This document shows, piece after piece, positions 54,832 through 64,000 of a stretch of 64,000 nucleotides of DNA (its first letter is position 1; every line of letters begins with the position of its first letter). Position numbers and translations under genes: made by a program. The DNA lies in NCBI GenBank assembly GCA_022710585.1, contig JAKLGV010000015.1:5623-69622 (forward strand). Reading direction: 5' to 3'. Below the pieces are notes generated by a model that had not been told where the DNA came from, searched no databases, and worked only from the letters and a program-made list of their open reading frames with translations. The DNA comes from Deltaproteobacteria bacterium (GTDB lineage Bacteria > Desulfobacterota > Syntrophia > Syntrophales > Smithellaceae).

Positions 54832-55314
54832 TTATTTATCCGGAACCAGCGGTATCTGAGAAGCCACTTCGTATCGGATGACCGAGCGGATCTTGTTTTC
54901 GATCTGCAGATAACGGGCGACCTTGGTAGCCGGCAGGATCTTATTCAGCTTAGCTGCATAGGATTTCGTCATCTTCACCTCGTCATCCTGAAGCGCGATA
55001 AATTCTTTCGTTATTTTTTTCGCTGCTTTATTGTCCATTTCAGATTTCCATGCCTCGGCGTAAGCATTGATCAGCGCTAACGCGCGTTGATTGATCTTGG
55101 CGAGGTCCTTCTGATAGGCGTCATAGACAGGCCAGAAAGCCTTGGACTCTGATTCCGTAAGCTGCATGTTGACTGCCACAACCAGTTTCTTGTCCGCCTT
55201 GACCTTGTCGCGCAGGATCTGCATGTTGTCTGATGAAGCGCTCTGGGCAAATGCCGGAACCATCATGCACAATATAACAGCCACTGCCATAACCATCTTG
55301 ATCATTTTCTTCAT
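54832..55314 (-). CDS. hypothetical periplasmic all-helical protein
   Basis: Signal peptide ...MMVPAFA/QS. A helical, Lys/Ala-rich mature part. A Spy/CpxP-like fold is only a guess. Confidence 0.5.
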   Translation of the reverse strand: MKKMIKMVMAVAVILCMMVPAFAQSASSDNMQILRDKVKADKKLVVAVNMQLTESESKAFWPVYDAYQKDLAKINQRALALINAYAEAWKSEMDNKAAKKITKEFIALQDDEVKMTKSYAAKLNKILPATKVARYLQIENKIRSVIRYEVASQIPLVPDK

Positions 55315-55352
55315 AATAATCTCCTTTTTGATTTATTTATTTTTAAATTGGG

Positions 55353-56060
55353 CTATATCCAGCCCAGTTCTTTGAAACGCTTTTCATACACGTCAGCTAT
55401 TTCCTTTGCGGTTTGTTCGGCACGCCCTTCCAGTGTACTGCTGCCGCTTTTTTCCCCGTACACTTTAACTCCGGTGGAGACGACGAGCCCCAATGGATTT
55501 TTTGTGGCAATTAAGACCGCCGCTCCCACAGCCGCACCGGGAGATTTTTTTTTGCCGGTATCCGTTGAGCCGGAACCCAATTTTCGTAAACCGTGAGCCG
55601 TGACCTGAAAACCTTCAACCGCCACCTTCAGGTTGGAATCACCGGCCCCTAACCCAATCGCCACACGCTTGACGGCACTTCCCTCATCAAATGAAAGGAG
55701 ATAGCCCCGAACGACGATATCGTTGATTTGCATGATGGATCCTTCCATCACATGCTCTGCGGGCATTCCCATATCACGGATATTCTTAACCAGCTCCGTC
55801 GCGATCTTGGCACCCAACTTTCGACCTAGTGCAATCTGCTCTCCGGACTGGGGTGTGGCATCCTGTGTATATTGACCGGCGAGCTCCGAGTCCGCCTGGA
55901 CGTCTGCGGGGGTGGCCGCAAAGTCGTACACCCAAATGTGAGCAGGCCGGGGAAGTTGTTCTTTCACGAGTTGCTCACGGCTGGTGACTTTTGTCGATGC
56001 GCATCCTGCGACGATCAGCAGAACCAACACACATAAAGTAAAACGATAACGATTGATCAT
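55353..56060 (-). CDS. hypothetical lipoprotein (DUF4410-like)
   Basis: Lipobox LLIVAGCAS. The family name is from memory only. Confidence 0.5.
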   Translation of the reverse strand: MINRYRFTLCVLVLLIVAGCASTKVTSREQLVKEQLPRPAHIWVYDFAATPADVQADSELAGQYTQDATPQSGEQIALGRKLGAKIATELVKNIRDMGMPAEHVMEGSIMQINDIVVRGYLLSFDEGSAVKRVAIGLGAGDSNLKVAVEGFQVTAHGLRKLGSGSTDTGKKKSPGAAVGAAVLIATKNPLGLVVSTGVKVYGEKSGSSTLEGRAEQTAKEIADVYEKRFKELGWI

Positions 56061-56081
56061 TAATAATCCTCCTTCAGTTCC

Positions 56082-56915
56082 TTATTTGGGAAACAAAAAC
56101 GTCAATTGTACCCGCATGCCCCAGCCCTCCGGTCCGTTATCCGGTGACGCCGCCCAGTACTTTCCTCCCAGAGAAAACTGGAGAATCTGGGGACCAATCT
56201 TGAAAAGTTGTGACACCTGTGCAATCACCGGGACAGACCAGTGATTTTCTTCCCAGTCATAGCTGGACTCGGTTGTGACCCCCAGGGTCGTCTTGGTTTT
56301 TGTAATGTAACTGAAAATCGGTTGCAGGCTGGTCAGATTAATATTGGACCGGGTATCTTCGCCGCCCAGTGACCAGATGTGACTGGTGAGCAAGCCGATA
56401 GTCCATCCCCCCATCTGCTTCAGAGCAACGGCTGTCGGCCCCAGTCCCCACTGTTCGCCTCCGAGGACATCGTGGGATGCCGTCGGCAGCAGCTCGACCG
56501 GCCCTACACCCCAGATCAATCCGCCTGCGGTGGGCGCTTTCGGCGAAAAGAACTGACTGGCCGTGATATCGCCAAGACCCGCTTCCTCCATATCCTTCAT
56601 CGGAATGTCATGCTGATCTTTATACGGAATAATGGTGCGGGTGATGATGTTCCATTCATCATTCATACTGAAGGGAATGACCGGCTGTACATTCACGAGA
56701 TTGACGTACCCGTCGTCTTCCGGACCGTAATTTTTGTCATAGTTGTACTGCACCGGCACGCTGATGAGCGCGGCTACCGGGTTGGCCAACTTCTTGGCCA
56801 GTTCCGTAGCATCATCTTTTTCGTCTTGCGCCCATGATGATGGAACAATCATGGTAACCGCTAAAATAATCGTGAGAATTTGTAATATCTTTTTTATGCT
56901 CAATGTTGTTTTCAT
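56082..56915 (-). CDS. outer-membrane beta-barrel protein ('transporter' family-like)
   Basis: The start is set at ATG 56915 (RBS AAGGGAG). Signal ...VPSSWA/QD, then LANPVAALISVPVQYNYD, and terminal QLTFLFPK. Confidence 0.55.
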   Translation of the reverse strand: MKTTLSIKKILQILTIILAVTMIVPSSWAQDEKDDATELAKKLANPVAALISVPVQYNYDKNYGPEDDGYVNLVNVQPVIPFSMNDEWNIITRTIIPYKDQHDIPMKDMEEAGLGDITASQFFSPKAPTAGGLIWGVGPVELLPTASHDVLGGEQWGLGPTAVALKQMGGWTIGLLTSHIWSLGGEDTRSNINLTSLQPIFSYITKTKTTLGVTTESSYDWEENHWSVPVIAQVSQLFKIGPQILQFSLGGKYWAASPDNGPEGWGMRVQLTFLFPK

Positions 56916-56944
56916 CAAAACACTCCCTTTCATTGATTTACTTT

Positions 56945-57277
56945 TTAATGCCGATAAGTTCCTTCTCTCATTTTCTGCAGAGGCAATATTCCAACCATCG
57001 GTTCGTTGTCGCCGATCTTCACTTTCGTTTTTTCGCTCAAAACCTCAATAGCGCCGAGAAGCGCGCTGCCGTCATTGGACCGCAGGTAATGCACCAGGCT
57101 CTCCTGATCTTCCCATTCAAAAAAAACAAGGAAAACGTCATCATCGTTCGTGTCCCTGTTGATACTGATTTTTTGGAGACCTTTCTTTTTGCGAATCACG
57201 GGAACAAGGGCCAGCAATGTCTGATAGAGCTCCTGAAAACTTGTTCGTTTTGCTTTGACCTCGATTGTAAGTTCCAT
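56945..57277 (-). CDS. small ABM (antibiotic-biosynthesis-monooxygenase)-like / ferredoxin-fold protein
   Basis: 110 aa, no signal peptide. The VFLVFFEWEDQESLVHYLRS pattern resembles ABM domains. Confidence 0.4.
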   Translation of the reverse strand: MELTIEVKAKRTSFQELYQTLLALVPVIRKKKGLQKISINRDTNDDDVFLVFFEWEDQESLVHYLRSNDGSALLGAIEVLSEKTKVKIGDNEPMVGILPLQKMREGTYRH

Positions 57278-57453
57278 GTTGTCTCCTTTTGGATTGTTCT
57301 GCTTCTACTGATTATTTTTGACTACATTTGCTCAAACGGTATGGACGGCAGGCCCGTATTTACAGGCCTGCTTCAGATCGTCCAATCAGCATTCCAAAGA
57401 TGGAAATTAAAAGATTCCATCTTAATATGAACGTTATGATATTTTTTTGTCAG

Positions 57454-58134
57454 TTACCTCACGACACCATTGACATCATCAATGAATTGAACAGTGCTTC
57501 GGGACCAGTACCAGAAGGTATCCTTGGCCGATTTTGACTTGGAGAACCTTTCGTGAAAGGCCGCCTGCTTCAGATCAACGGCCATGCCAATCACGTCATT
57601 GGTTGTGGAATCGAGCCACATCACCTCAGCGCTGGTTTCACCTCCACCCGTCCAGCCTCCGGTTACGCCCCTCTTGACCAGACTCACAGCCGCACCGACC
57701 GGAACGATCGTCGTGATAGCGCTGAGCACGGGCTTGCTCTGTGTGACATTCGTGATAGCAATGCGAATCCTCGCCACATCCGGGCCTGGCTCGCTGACCA
57801 TCTCGTACTTGCCTTTGAATGCCGCCACCATTTCATTGTTGAAGGTATCAGCCATTTCTTTCATAAACTCGGGATCGACAGCCTTGTTCTCCGATTTGTC
57901 AGAAACATAGAAAACGACGCTGTCCACCATGAATTTTTTATACTTCTTTAAATCCACACCCGGTTTGATCCAACGCAGTTTGGCTCCTCCTTCAGGTCCC
58001 GGTTTCAACTGCTTATAAACCTCCGGCCCCCCGAGAAATCCGGAAAAGGGTGGATTGCTGTCTGCAAATACGGTTGAAACAGTGAATAAAAAAACAATTG
58101 CACTGGCCAAAATAACCTTTACTGATGATTTCAT
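57454..58134 (-). CDS. exported protein (DUF3313-like)
   Basis: The start is set at ATG 58134 (RBS AAGGAGG). Signal ...TVSTVFA/DS. The FSGFLGGPEVYKQLKP...DLKKYKKFMVDSV pattern resembles DUF3313. Confidence 0.55.
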   Translation of the reverse strand: MKSSVKVILASAIVFLFTVSTVFADSNPPFSGFLGGPEVYKQLKPGPEGGAKLRWIKPGVDLKKYKKFMVDSVVFYVSDKSENKAVDPEFMKEMADTFNNEMVAAFKGKYEMVSEPGPDVARIRIAITNVTQSKPVLSAITTIVPVGAAVSLVKRGVTGGWTGGGETSAEVMWLDSTTNDVIGMAVDLKQAAFHERFSKSKSAKDTFWYWSRSTVQFIDDVNGVVR

Positions 58135-58168
58135 AACAACCTCCTTAATTTTTTTATTCTTGAGATAT

Positions 58169-58184
58169 TTCAATAATCATTCCA
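58169..58184 (-). promoter_or_regulatory. sigma54-like -24/-12 element with a non-canonical -12
   Basis: The minus strand reads TGGAATGATTATTGAA (TGG-N9-TTGA, with sigma54 spacing). It ends 35 nt before ATG 58134 and has a near-identical twin at 61561..61576. Confidence 0.5.
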
Positions 58185-58281
58185 AGATGGAAAACAAGAG
58201 GAAATAAATTATAATAGTTTGATATTATTAATTATTTAAGAATGTAGCGTTTTTCTGAAGAAACTTAAAAGGAACAACAAT

Positions 58282-58314
58282 CCTCAATATTTTGTGGATT
58301 CGTAATATATTGAG
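58282..58314 (-). promoter_or_regulatory. candidate enhancer (UAS) for the adjacent sigma54 activator, copy 1
   Basis: The minus strand reads CTCAATATATTACGAATCCACAAAATATTGAGG. An 8-bp inverted repeat CTCAATAT/ATATTGAG is separated by 16 nt. It is 29/33 identical to 61431..61463 and lies 98 nt upstream of the TGG of the -24 element. Confidence 0.55.
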
Positions 58315-58341
58315 AGTCATTTATGCGGGTTGATAGAAATT

Positions 58342-61233
58342 TTAAGGACGTGTAATACCCAATTTCTTTATGCGGAATCGAAGGGTGCTGGGATTAAGTC
58401 CAAGAATGACAGCCGCGCCACCTTCTCCATCAATCTTCCAGCGGGTTTTTTGAAGCACTTTCAGAATATGTTCCCGTTCCGTTGTTTCCATATCTTTAAG
58501 CGATACTTTTCCCTTGTCGATTGTCTCACGTTCCAGGCTGTCTATAATATTAAGCTCCGGTCCGGAACTGATGATGACGGCCCTTTCGATGACGTGTTCC
58601 AACTCTCTTACATTACCGGGCCAATGGTAGGCTTGAAGTTTCTGCAACGTGTTCCTGGACACAATCTCAATCTGCCGGCCATATTTCTGATTGTACTTTC
58701 CGACAAAATAATTGACCAGCAACGGAATGTCTTCCAACCGCATACTCAAGGGAGGAATCGAAACGGGAAAAACGTTTAGCCTGTAAAAGAGGTCTTCCCG
58801 AAAACGCCCGTTGCGCACGTCAGCCTTTAAATCCCGGCTGGTCGCGGTAATCACCCTCACATCAACTTTGATGGTCTTTGTGCTTCCCAATCTCTCAAAT
58901 TCCCCGTCCTGCAGCACCCGCAGGAGCTTGGTCTGGAGAGCCAGGGGCATTTCTCCGATTTCATCCATGAAGAGCGTCCCGCCATGGGCAACCTCGAAAC
59001 GACCGACTTGCGTCGCATGAGCGCCTGTAAAAGCGCCTTTCTCCCGTCCGAAAAGCTCGCTCTCGATCAGGTTTTCCGGAAGAGCGGCACAGTTGATCGT
59101 GACCATGGGCTTGTCCTTTCGGGAACTCATTTCATGAATGGCATGAGCCACCATTCCTTTGCCGGTTCCTGTGTCGCCAAGGATGAGCACCGTGGCATCG
59201 GTTGGGGCAACCTGTTGAGACCGGAAGAGAACATACTTGATGGCATCGCTTTCTCCAATAATGGTTCCTAAGCCCAGTTCCATCTTGATTTCATTGCGGA
59301 GATAAACATTCTCTTCTTCCAGCCGGGTCTTCAAGTTGTTGATTTCCGCCAATTGCTGCTGAAGTTGATTTTCCATCTTCCTGCGCTCGGTGATGTCCTG
59401 GGCGAATACCGATAGTCCGAACACAACATCATCGTGCTTGAGGGTGTTGATATTCAAACGCAGCGTCCGGCCTTGAGCGGAAGTCTGGTAATCCGTTATG
59501 AAAGACCCTTCCTTCAGTGCGCGACGGTAGAAAGCATACCACTTCTGGGCAAACTCCTCTGTAGGGAGGAGATCATCAGGATTCATACCGATTTCGATAT
59601 GAAGGCCGGATCCGTGCAGGAAGTATTCGGAAAGGCCGCGGTTGAATACGACAAGACCGAAGCGCTCGGGATCCACCGACCAAATCAAGTCGGGCGTACT
59701 GTTGATCAATGAAGAGAGAAGTGTCTGCGACTCGTTTAATTTAAGTTCCGTCTCTTTGCGTTCGGTAATGTCCAAAGACAGTCCCAAGAGACGAATCGTC
59801 TCACCGGTTGATTGGAGATATCGTTGCCCGCGGGCAACTATCCAGCGAATGGTTCCATCGGAAAGGATGATCCGGTAATCGCAATGAAGGGTCTCTCCGG
59901 ATTGCAGCGTGTGTGCCACCTCCCGGTGGACGCGGTCCCGATCCTCGGGATGAATCACACGGAAGTAACGTTCATAAGTAATTTCTTCATCGGGTGCAAA
60001 TTGAAATATCTCCCGGCTCTTCGGCGAGACCCAGACTTTTTTCGTGTCGACATCCATGATCCATAGCCCTGCATCCACGGCTTCCGTAATCAGGCTGATA
60101 CGCTCTTCCCGTTCACGCAGTAACACATCCGTCTGCTTTCGGAGGATCGCATTGGCAAAAACTTCTCCTACAAGTCGCAGCCGGGGAATGAGCCTTTCCG
60201 GCCAGATCCGTTCTGCACGCGTTGACACAAAAACACAGGACCCCAGCGTATGGCCTCCCATTCTAAGGGGTACGGCTAGAATCGATTTCACATTCATATT
60301 TAGGCAAAGACGTCGTTCAGCAAGAGCATCCGGCGGCAAATCTTCAACACGGTTGATGATCACATCTTTCCCTGCAATCAATTGCCCGAAATACCAGGGA
60401 AGTTGTTCCGTGGTTGCGGATGGGGGGGGTGAATCAGCACCTGACACCTGGTAATTATAAGTGGTGCTCAGACGATTCGATTCATTGCTGAACAAGCCGA
60501 TGGTGCATCGGTCCACTTGAAAAAACTCGACCAGTGTGCGGAGCCATTTTCGGATGGTATCATCAACATGATCGGATGGAATATTCACAAAATCGGAGGA
60601 AAGATTGGAAATCAATCCTTCAAAGCGGAGTTGCTCATCGATCTGCAGCCTGCTCTTATTACGCTCGATGGCATTGACGATCATTTCACCGAGCAGTTGA
60701 ACTCTTGAGATTAGCTCCTGCGGCCATGCACACTCATTGTTTACCGCGTTGATATTGATCACATAATCGACGGATTCGTCAATGATGATCGGGATACTGA
60801 CAATGGAGCGGATTCCCCATTGCATCAGGATTTGCCTGTCTCCATCCGCCTCAGCCGGCAGATCGTCCAGATTCGAAATGACCAGAATCTCACGTTTTTG
60901 TATCAGCTTTTCAAAAATCCATGGATTGATCGCTATGGGGAGTTCTTCCCCTACAGGAACCGGCGGCAAATTTTCTCTGGCGGCAACATGGGCGATCTTC
61001 CATTTGGTCTTGTCCGGAAATCCTTCCAGCAATGCGCAACGGTCACACCCGAAGAATTCGTAGATCAGTTTGAGAGACCTCTCAATCTCTTCATCCATCT
61101 TATCGGGAGATATATTCATAAAGCGGGCCGATAAATCCGATATCAGTTGCTCAAATTCCAGACGATCCAGCAGCGCTTTATCGTCCTGCAAATGATCTGA
61201 TGGAAGATGATCGTTGATATCTGTTTTTTTCAT
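58342..61233 (-). CDS. sigma54-dependent transcriptional activator with GAF and PAS sensory domains
   Basis: AAA+ core with Walker A GDTGTGKG, the GAFTGA loop ([15 protein letters not shown]), and a C-terminal Fis-type HTH ([21 protein letters not shown]). The N-terminal 640 aa or so carry GAF-like and two PAS-like modules. Confidence 0.92.
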   Translation of the reverse strand: MKKTDINDHLPSDHLQDDKALLDRLEFEQLISDLSARFMNISPDKMDEEIERSLKLIYEFFGCDRCALLEGFPDKTKWKIAHVAARENLPPVPVGEELPIAINPWIFEKLIQKREILVISNLDDLPAEADGDRQILMQWGIRSIVSIPIIIDESVDYVININAVNNECAWPQELISRVQLLGEMIVNAIERNKSRLQIDEQLRFEGLISNLSSDFVNIPSDHVDDTIRKWLRTLVEFFQVDRCTIGLFSNESNRLSTTYNYQVSGADSPPPSATTEQLPWYFGQLIAGKDVIINRVEDLPPDALAERRLCLNMNVKSILAVPLRMGGHTLGSCVFVSTRAERIWPERLIPRLRLVGEVFANAILRKQTDVLLREREERISLITEAVDAGLWIMDVDTKKVWVSPKSREIFQFAPDEEITYERYFRVIHPEDRDRVHREVAHTLQSGETLHCDYRIILSDGTIRWIVARGQRYLQSTGETIRLLGLSLDITERKETELKLNESQTLLSSLINSTPDLIWSVDPERFGLVVFNRGLSEYFLHGSGLHIEIGMNPDDLLPTEEFAQKWYAFYRRALKEGSFITDYQTSAQGRTLRLNINTLKHDDVVFGLSVFAQDITERRKMENQLQQQLAEINNLKTRLEEENVYLRNEIKMELGLGTIIGESDAIKYVLFRSQQVAPTDATVLILGDTGTGKGMVAHAIHEMSSRKDKPMVTINCAALPENLIESELFGREKGAFTGAHATQVGRFEVAHGGTLFMDEIGEMPLALQTKLLRVLQDGEFERLGSTKTIKVDVRVITATSRDLKADVRNGRFREDLFYRLNVFPVSIPPLSMRLEDIPLLVNYFVGKYNQKYGRQIEIVSRNTLQKLQAYHWPGNVRELEHVIERAVIISSGPELNIIDSLERETIDKGKVSLKDMETTEREHILKVLQKTRWKIDGEGGAAVILGLNPSTLRFRIKKLGITRP

Positions 61234-61430
61234 ATTTTTAAATCTCTAATGATTTAAATGTATTATTGTTTAGTCATCCATTAGTATTCAAATTTCTCTT
61301 TTTCAATGATGTAAATATTATAACATTATTTATTTTCAAGAAAAGTTACATACATAGCATCATCAATAATGAATTAAGAATCGTTGAATTCAATTCCATC
61401 AAAGAATCAAAATATTTTCAACATAAAAAT

Positions 61431-61463
61431 CTTAATATACTACGAATCCGCAATATATTGAGG
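61431..61463 (+). promoter_or_regulatory. candidate enhancer (UAS), copy 2
   Basis: CTTAATATACTACGAATCCGCAATATATTGAGG lies exactly 98 nt upstream of the TGG at 61561. Confidence 0.55.
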
Positions 61464-61560
61464 CTCATCGTTTTCTTAAATCTTATTTAGAAATATCTTC
61501 ACAATTATATTAACTAATAATATCATATAATTACAGTTTTTTTACGCGTATTTTTCGTTT

Positions 61561-61576
61561 TGGAATACTTATTGAA
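61561..61576 (+). promoter_or_regulatory. sigma54-like -24/-12 element, twin of 58169..58184
   Basis: TGGAATACTTATTGAA ends 36 nt before ATG 61612. Confidence 0.5.
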
Positions 61577-61611
61577 TTAGCTGAAGCAGAATTACTAAAG
61601 GTATCTGAAAA

Positions 61612-62946
61612 ATGGTCTGGAATCGACAGTACGTCATCAAGAGTTACGTGAAGTCATCGCTGTGGCTCGTGCCTTTTTTCGCTGTGCTGGTGTATATGGT
61701 CGTCATTCGCCTCACGCGCTTCATGGGCGGCTGGCTTCTGCAAACCGGACGAATCAATGAAGCGACGGCATTCTTTGGTTACTCCATGGCCGGAGCAAGG
61801 TCGCTGCTCGAAACGATCGTTACAATAAACCTTTCTTTCATCGTCTTCACATTCGGTTCGCTGCTGGTAGCCATTCAAGTCGCCGGCGGACAGTACACAC
61901 CTCGTATCATTGCGACGACATTGCTGCGCGACAACGCCATCCGGTTCACCGTCGGTTATTTCGTTTTTACCCTATTGTTCACCCTGAGGGTGTTAACCAT
62001 GATGGGCGATGTTGTTGTTTATCAATTCCATTGCTTTGTTGCAGGGGTACTGGGATTGATTTCGATTGTGGTATTTCTTTATTTGATTGACCATGCAGCC
62101 CGATTGCTTCGCCCCGTAAGCATCGTGCAGCGAGTGGGACAGTTCGGCATGGCGGTCATCCAGGACGTCTATCCGGAAACCAGTAAATCACCGCACCGTA
62201 TCGAATCTTCCGGCAATGGCATATCCCCGGCCCGGATCGTAACGAACACAGACACCTCGGGAATCGTGCTCGCCTTAGATATCAAGGGATTGGTCAGGCA
62301 AGCACAACGTGCCAACGGTATGATTGAATTTGTACCTCATGTTGGCGATTTCATAGCCGTCGATGAACCCCTGTTTCAATTGTATGGAGGAGCCACTTCC
62401 ATTGACAACCTTCACTTGAGGGCATCTGTTGCGCTGGGGTCCGAGCGAACTCTGGAGCAGGATCCTACTTTTGCCTTCCGCATCCTGGTCGATATTGCCA
62501 GTAAAGCATTGTCCCCGGCCATTAATGATCCGACCACGGCCGTGCTCGCCGTCGACCAGCTTCACCGCCTGCTCAGAATGGTTGGACTACGGCATATTGG
62601 TAATGAGAAGATTTGCGATAAAACAGGTGAATTGAGGCTCTTATTCCGGACACCGAACTGGGAGGACTTCGTCCATCTGGCCTGCACTGAAATTCGACAT
62701 TACGGTTCGGGCAGCATTCAGATCACGCGGCGGATGCGTTCCATGCTGGATAATCTCATCCAAACCCTGCCGGTTCATCGCCATTCGGAATTACACCAGC
62801 AACTGCAGTTCCTCGACCGTGTGATCGACGAACATTACACGTTGCCAGAGGACCGGGCGCTGGCCCGGATCGCGGATCCGCAGGGCTTAGGCGGTTCGGT
62901 GGGTGTTCAAGCGGCAACCGATGGGACGGAAAAAGTCAGTCAATGA
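61612..62946 (+). CDS. DUF2254-family membrane protein
   Basis: Four N-terminal TM helices (SSLWLVPFFAVLVYMVV..., ...FTFGSLLVAIQVAGGQYTPRI) and a soluble C-terminal domain with the ALSPAINDPTTA motif typical of DUF2254. Confidence 0.7.
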   Translation: MVWNRQYVIKSYVKSSLWLVPFFAVLVYMVVIRLTRFMGGWLLQTGRINEATAFFGYSMAGARSLLETIVTINLSFIVFTFGSLLVAIQVAGGQYTPRIIATTLLRDNAIRFTVGYFVFTLLFTLRVLTMMGDVVVYQFHCFVAGVLGLISIVVFLYLIDHAARLLRPVSIVQRVGQFGMAVIQDVYPETSKSPHRIESSGNGISPARIVTNTDTSGIVLALDIKGLVRQAQRANGMIEFVPHVGDFIAVDEPLFQLYGGATSIDNLHLRASVALGSERTLEQDPTFAFRILVDIASKALSPAINDPTTAVLAVDQLHRLLRMVGLRHIGNEKICDKTGELRLLFRTPNWEDFVHLACTEIRHYGSGSIQITRRMRSMLDNLIQTLPVHRHSELHQQLQFLDRVIDEHYTLPEDRALARIADPQGLGGSVGVQAATDGTEKVSQ

Positions 62947-62992
62947 CATGATCGTTGACACCTGTGAGATGAATGATTCCCCGTAAGATTTT

Positions 62993-64000
62993 CTAGTGAC
63001 CGAACAGAACCTCGCCCGGGTCGGTTAAAAGCTTTTCCGGCCATTGTAAAATACGATTGAGCATATCCAGTGTGCCTCTGGTAATGGAGCTGGCCGGTAT
63101 CATGCTGACGTTCGGATCGTCCCATTTTCCATCCACCTTAAAGTCCACCGTGATCAGATTTCCTTTCTCATCCGTGATCAGCCAGCCGGCAATGGGAATT
63201 TTTGCCGCGAGGCGATCGATGGTCTGCAGCGGATGAATGCCGGCAATGTAATCAACCTTATTCTTCAGATAATCAATTTTACCCACAACTGAAATTTTCA
63301 TCGCATCGCTGTCCACAAAGAAATCTTCCGAATAGAGAACACCGTCTTTAAGAGATAAATTGGCCTTAATCGTATTATAAGGCATGCCGTCTGTGGCCAT
63401 ATCCGGCAGCTGCAGTTTGAACAGTTGATAAACATTCAGCAGAGAGAATATCTTGGACAGGACAGAGAACTTTTTCATGACGCCCTTTTCAGCTTTGAAG
63501 TTTACGGTTCCGGCCAGTGTTTTTTTGAAATCAGCGGCATTTTTACCGGCAGCCGTGAAATCGCTCTTGAGCGATAACCGGCCCGTCACCATCCGCTCAC
63601 CCATATCGAGATAGCGCTGGAGTTTTTCCAGTGAAAGTTTATCAATCGCCATATTGACGGCATAATGATTCTGACCGTCCTGTTGGGTATTGATGCTGCC
63701 TTTGGCGTTGAGTTTTCCGTCAAAAATGCCTGCTTCCAGACGTTCAATGTCAACGATATTCTGTTGGGCTTTTACCGCGGCGTTGAGGTTTTTGAAGTCC
63801 GCTCCGTTGAACTTGCCCGCGTCCACCCGCACATCGGCTTTCAACCGCCAGTCGGAAGACGGCTCATCTTTCTGCTTTTCGTAATCCAGGGCCAGCAGTC
63901 GGGCAAAATCATCGTAATTGATATAAGGCGACTGCAGCGTCATACGGATCGCCGGATTCTTCCAGCCGCTGATATTCCCGGCCAGATCGAACTTCGATTC
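62993..64000 (-). CDS. AsmA/YhdP-like protein, C-terminal part (gene continues beyond the right window edge)
   Basis: The frame stays open from 63943 to 64000 (ESKFDLAGNISGWKNPAIR precedes the first Met). The beta-rich C-terminus ...DFKVDGKWDDPNVSMIP resembles the AsmA-like C-terminal region. Confidence 0.6.
   Translation of the reverse strand, partial: ESKFDLAGNISGWKNPAIRMTLQSPYINYDDFARLLALDYEKQKDEPSSDWRLKADVRVDAGKFNGADFKNLNAAVKAQQNIVDIERLEAGIFDGKLNAKGSINTQQDGQNHYAVNMAIDKLSLEKLQRYLDMGERMVTGRLSLKSDFTAAGKNAADFKKTLAGTVNFKAEKGVMKKFSVLSKIFSLLNVYQLFKLQLPDMATDGMPYNTIKANLSLKDGVLYSEDFFVDSDAMKISVVGKIDYLKNKVDYIAGIHPLQTIDRLAAKIPIAGWLITDEKGNLITVDFKVDGKWDDPNVSMIPASSITRGTLDMLNRILQWPEKLLTDPGEVLFGH

Noticed and set aside
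61266-61490. 74-aa ORF in the AT-rich region upstream of the sigma54 activator. The ORFs at 3986..4219 and 30742..30933 lie in similar AT-rich intergenic DNA.
   Set aside because: The products are Ile/Asn/Phe/Lys-rich translations of AT-rich promoter DNA without an RBS. The 61.3-61.5 kb region is better explained by the conserved enhancer, IHF-like site and promoter module.
1-64000. Searched for defence systems, toxin-antitoxin pairs, integrases/transposases, prophage genes, and rRNA/tRNA genes.
   Set aside because: No ORF shows nuclease-helicase-ATPase, integrase or transposase hallmarks apart from the small GIY-YIG pseudogene. No stable-RNA-like sequences were seen in the intergenic regions.

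Overview
The window reads as a chromosomal segment of a Gram-negative (diderm) anaerobe. Gene content (glycyl-radical enzyme, anaerobic sulfatase maturase, GAF/PAS sigma54 activator) suggests Desulfobacterota, but that taxonomic call is only inference. No rRNA, tRNA, CRISPR array or prophage was seen. All family names come from motif recognition by eye; no HMM or BLAST search was possible.

Layout from left to right:
- 0.5-2.7 kb: a Sel1-repeat protein with internal DNA tandem repeats.
- 2.9-17.6 kb: a near-complete glycogen metabolism cluster (ROK glucokinase, glgC, pgm, a GH13 enzyme, glgP, glgA, glgB, malQ). It is interrupted by a small frameshifted GIY-YIG nuclease gene bounded by inverted copies of a short repeat family that recurs elsewhere in the window.
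- 17.7-18.3 kb: an orphan NusG paralog.
- 18.4-31.3 kb: the most unusual region. Five co-directional minus-strand genes encode DUF11-type secreted proteins (159, 378, 399 and 1,074 aa) and a 1,994-aa protein combining DUF11/Cna-B-like modules, an OmpA domain and a C-terminal beta-barrel of about 880 aa. A Fur-family gene sits at the head of the locus. I read it as a candidate undescribed surface-fibre or adhesin assembly locus.
- 31.5-38.3 kb: a TetR-controlled glycyl-radical enzyme carrying an N-terminal SCP2-like extension, with its activase and two SDR-type reductases.
- 38.3-46.6 kb: an envelope lipid cluster with two lipase-like lipoproteins, FadL and DUF4105.
- 46.6-50.9 kb: a Ser-type sulfatase, an outer-membrane protein and anSME.
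- 51-58 kb: an array of exported and outer-membrane proteins.
- 58.3-61.6 kb: a sigma54 activator flanked on both sides by a duplicated enhancer/promoter module.
- 61.6-64 kb: a DUF2254 gene and a partial AsmA-like gene.
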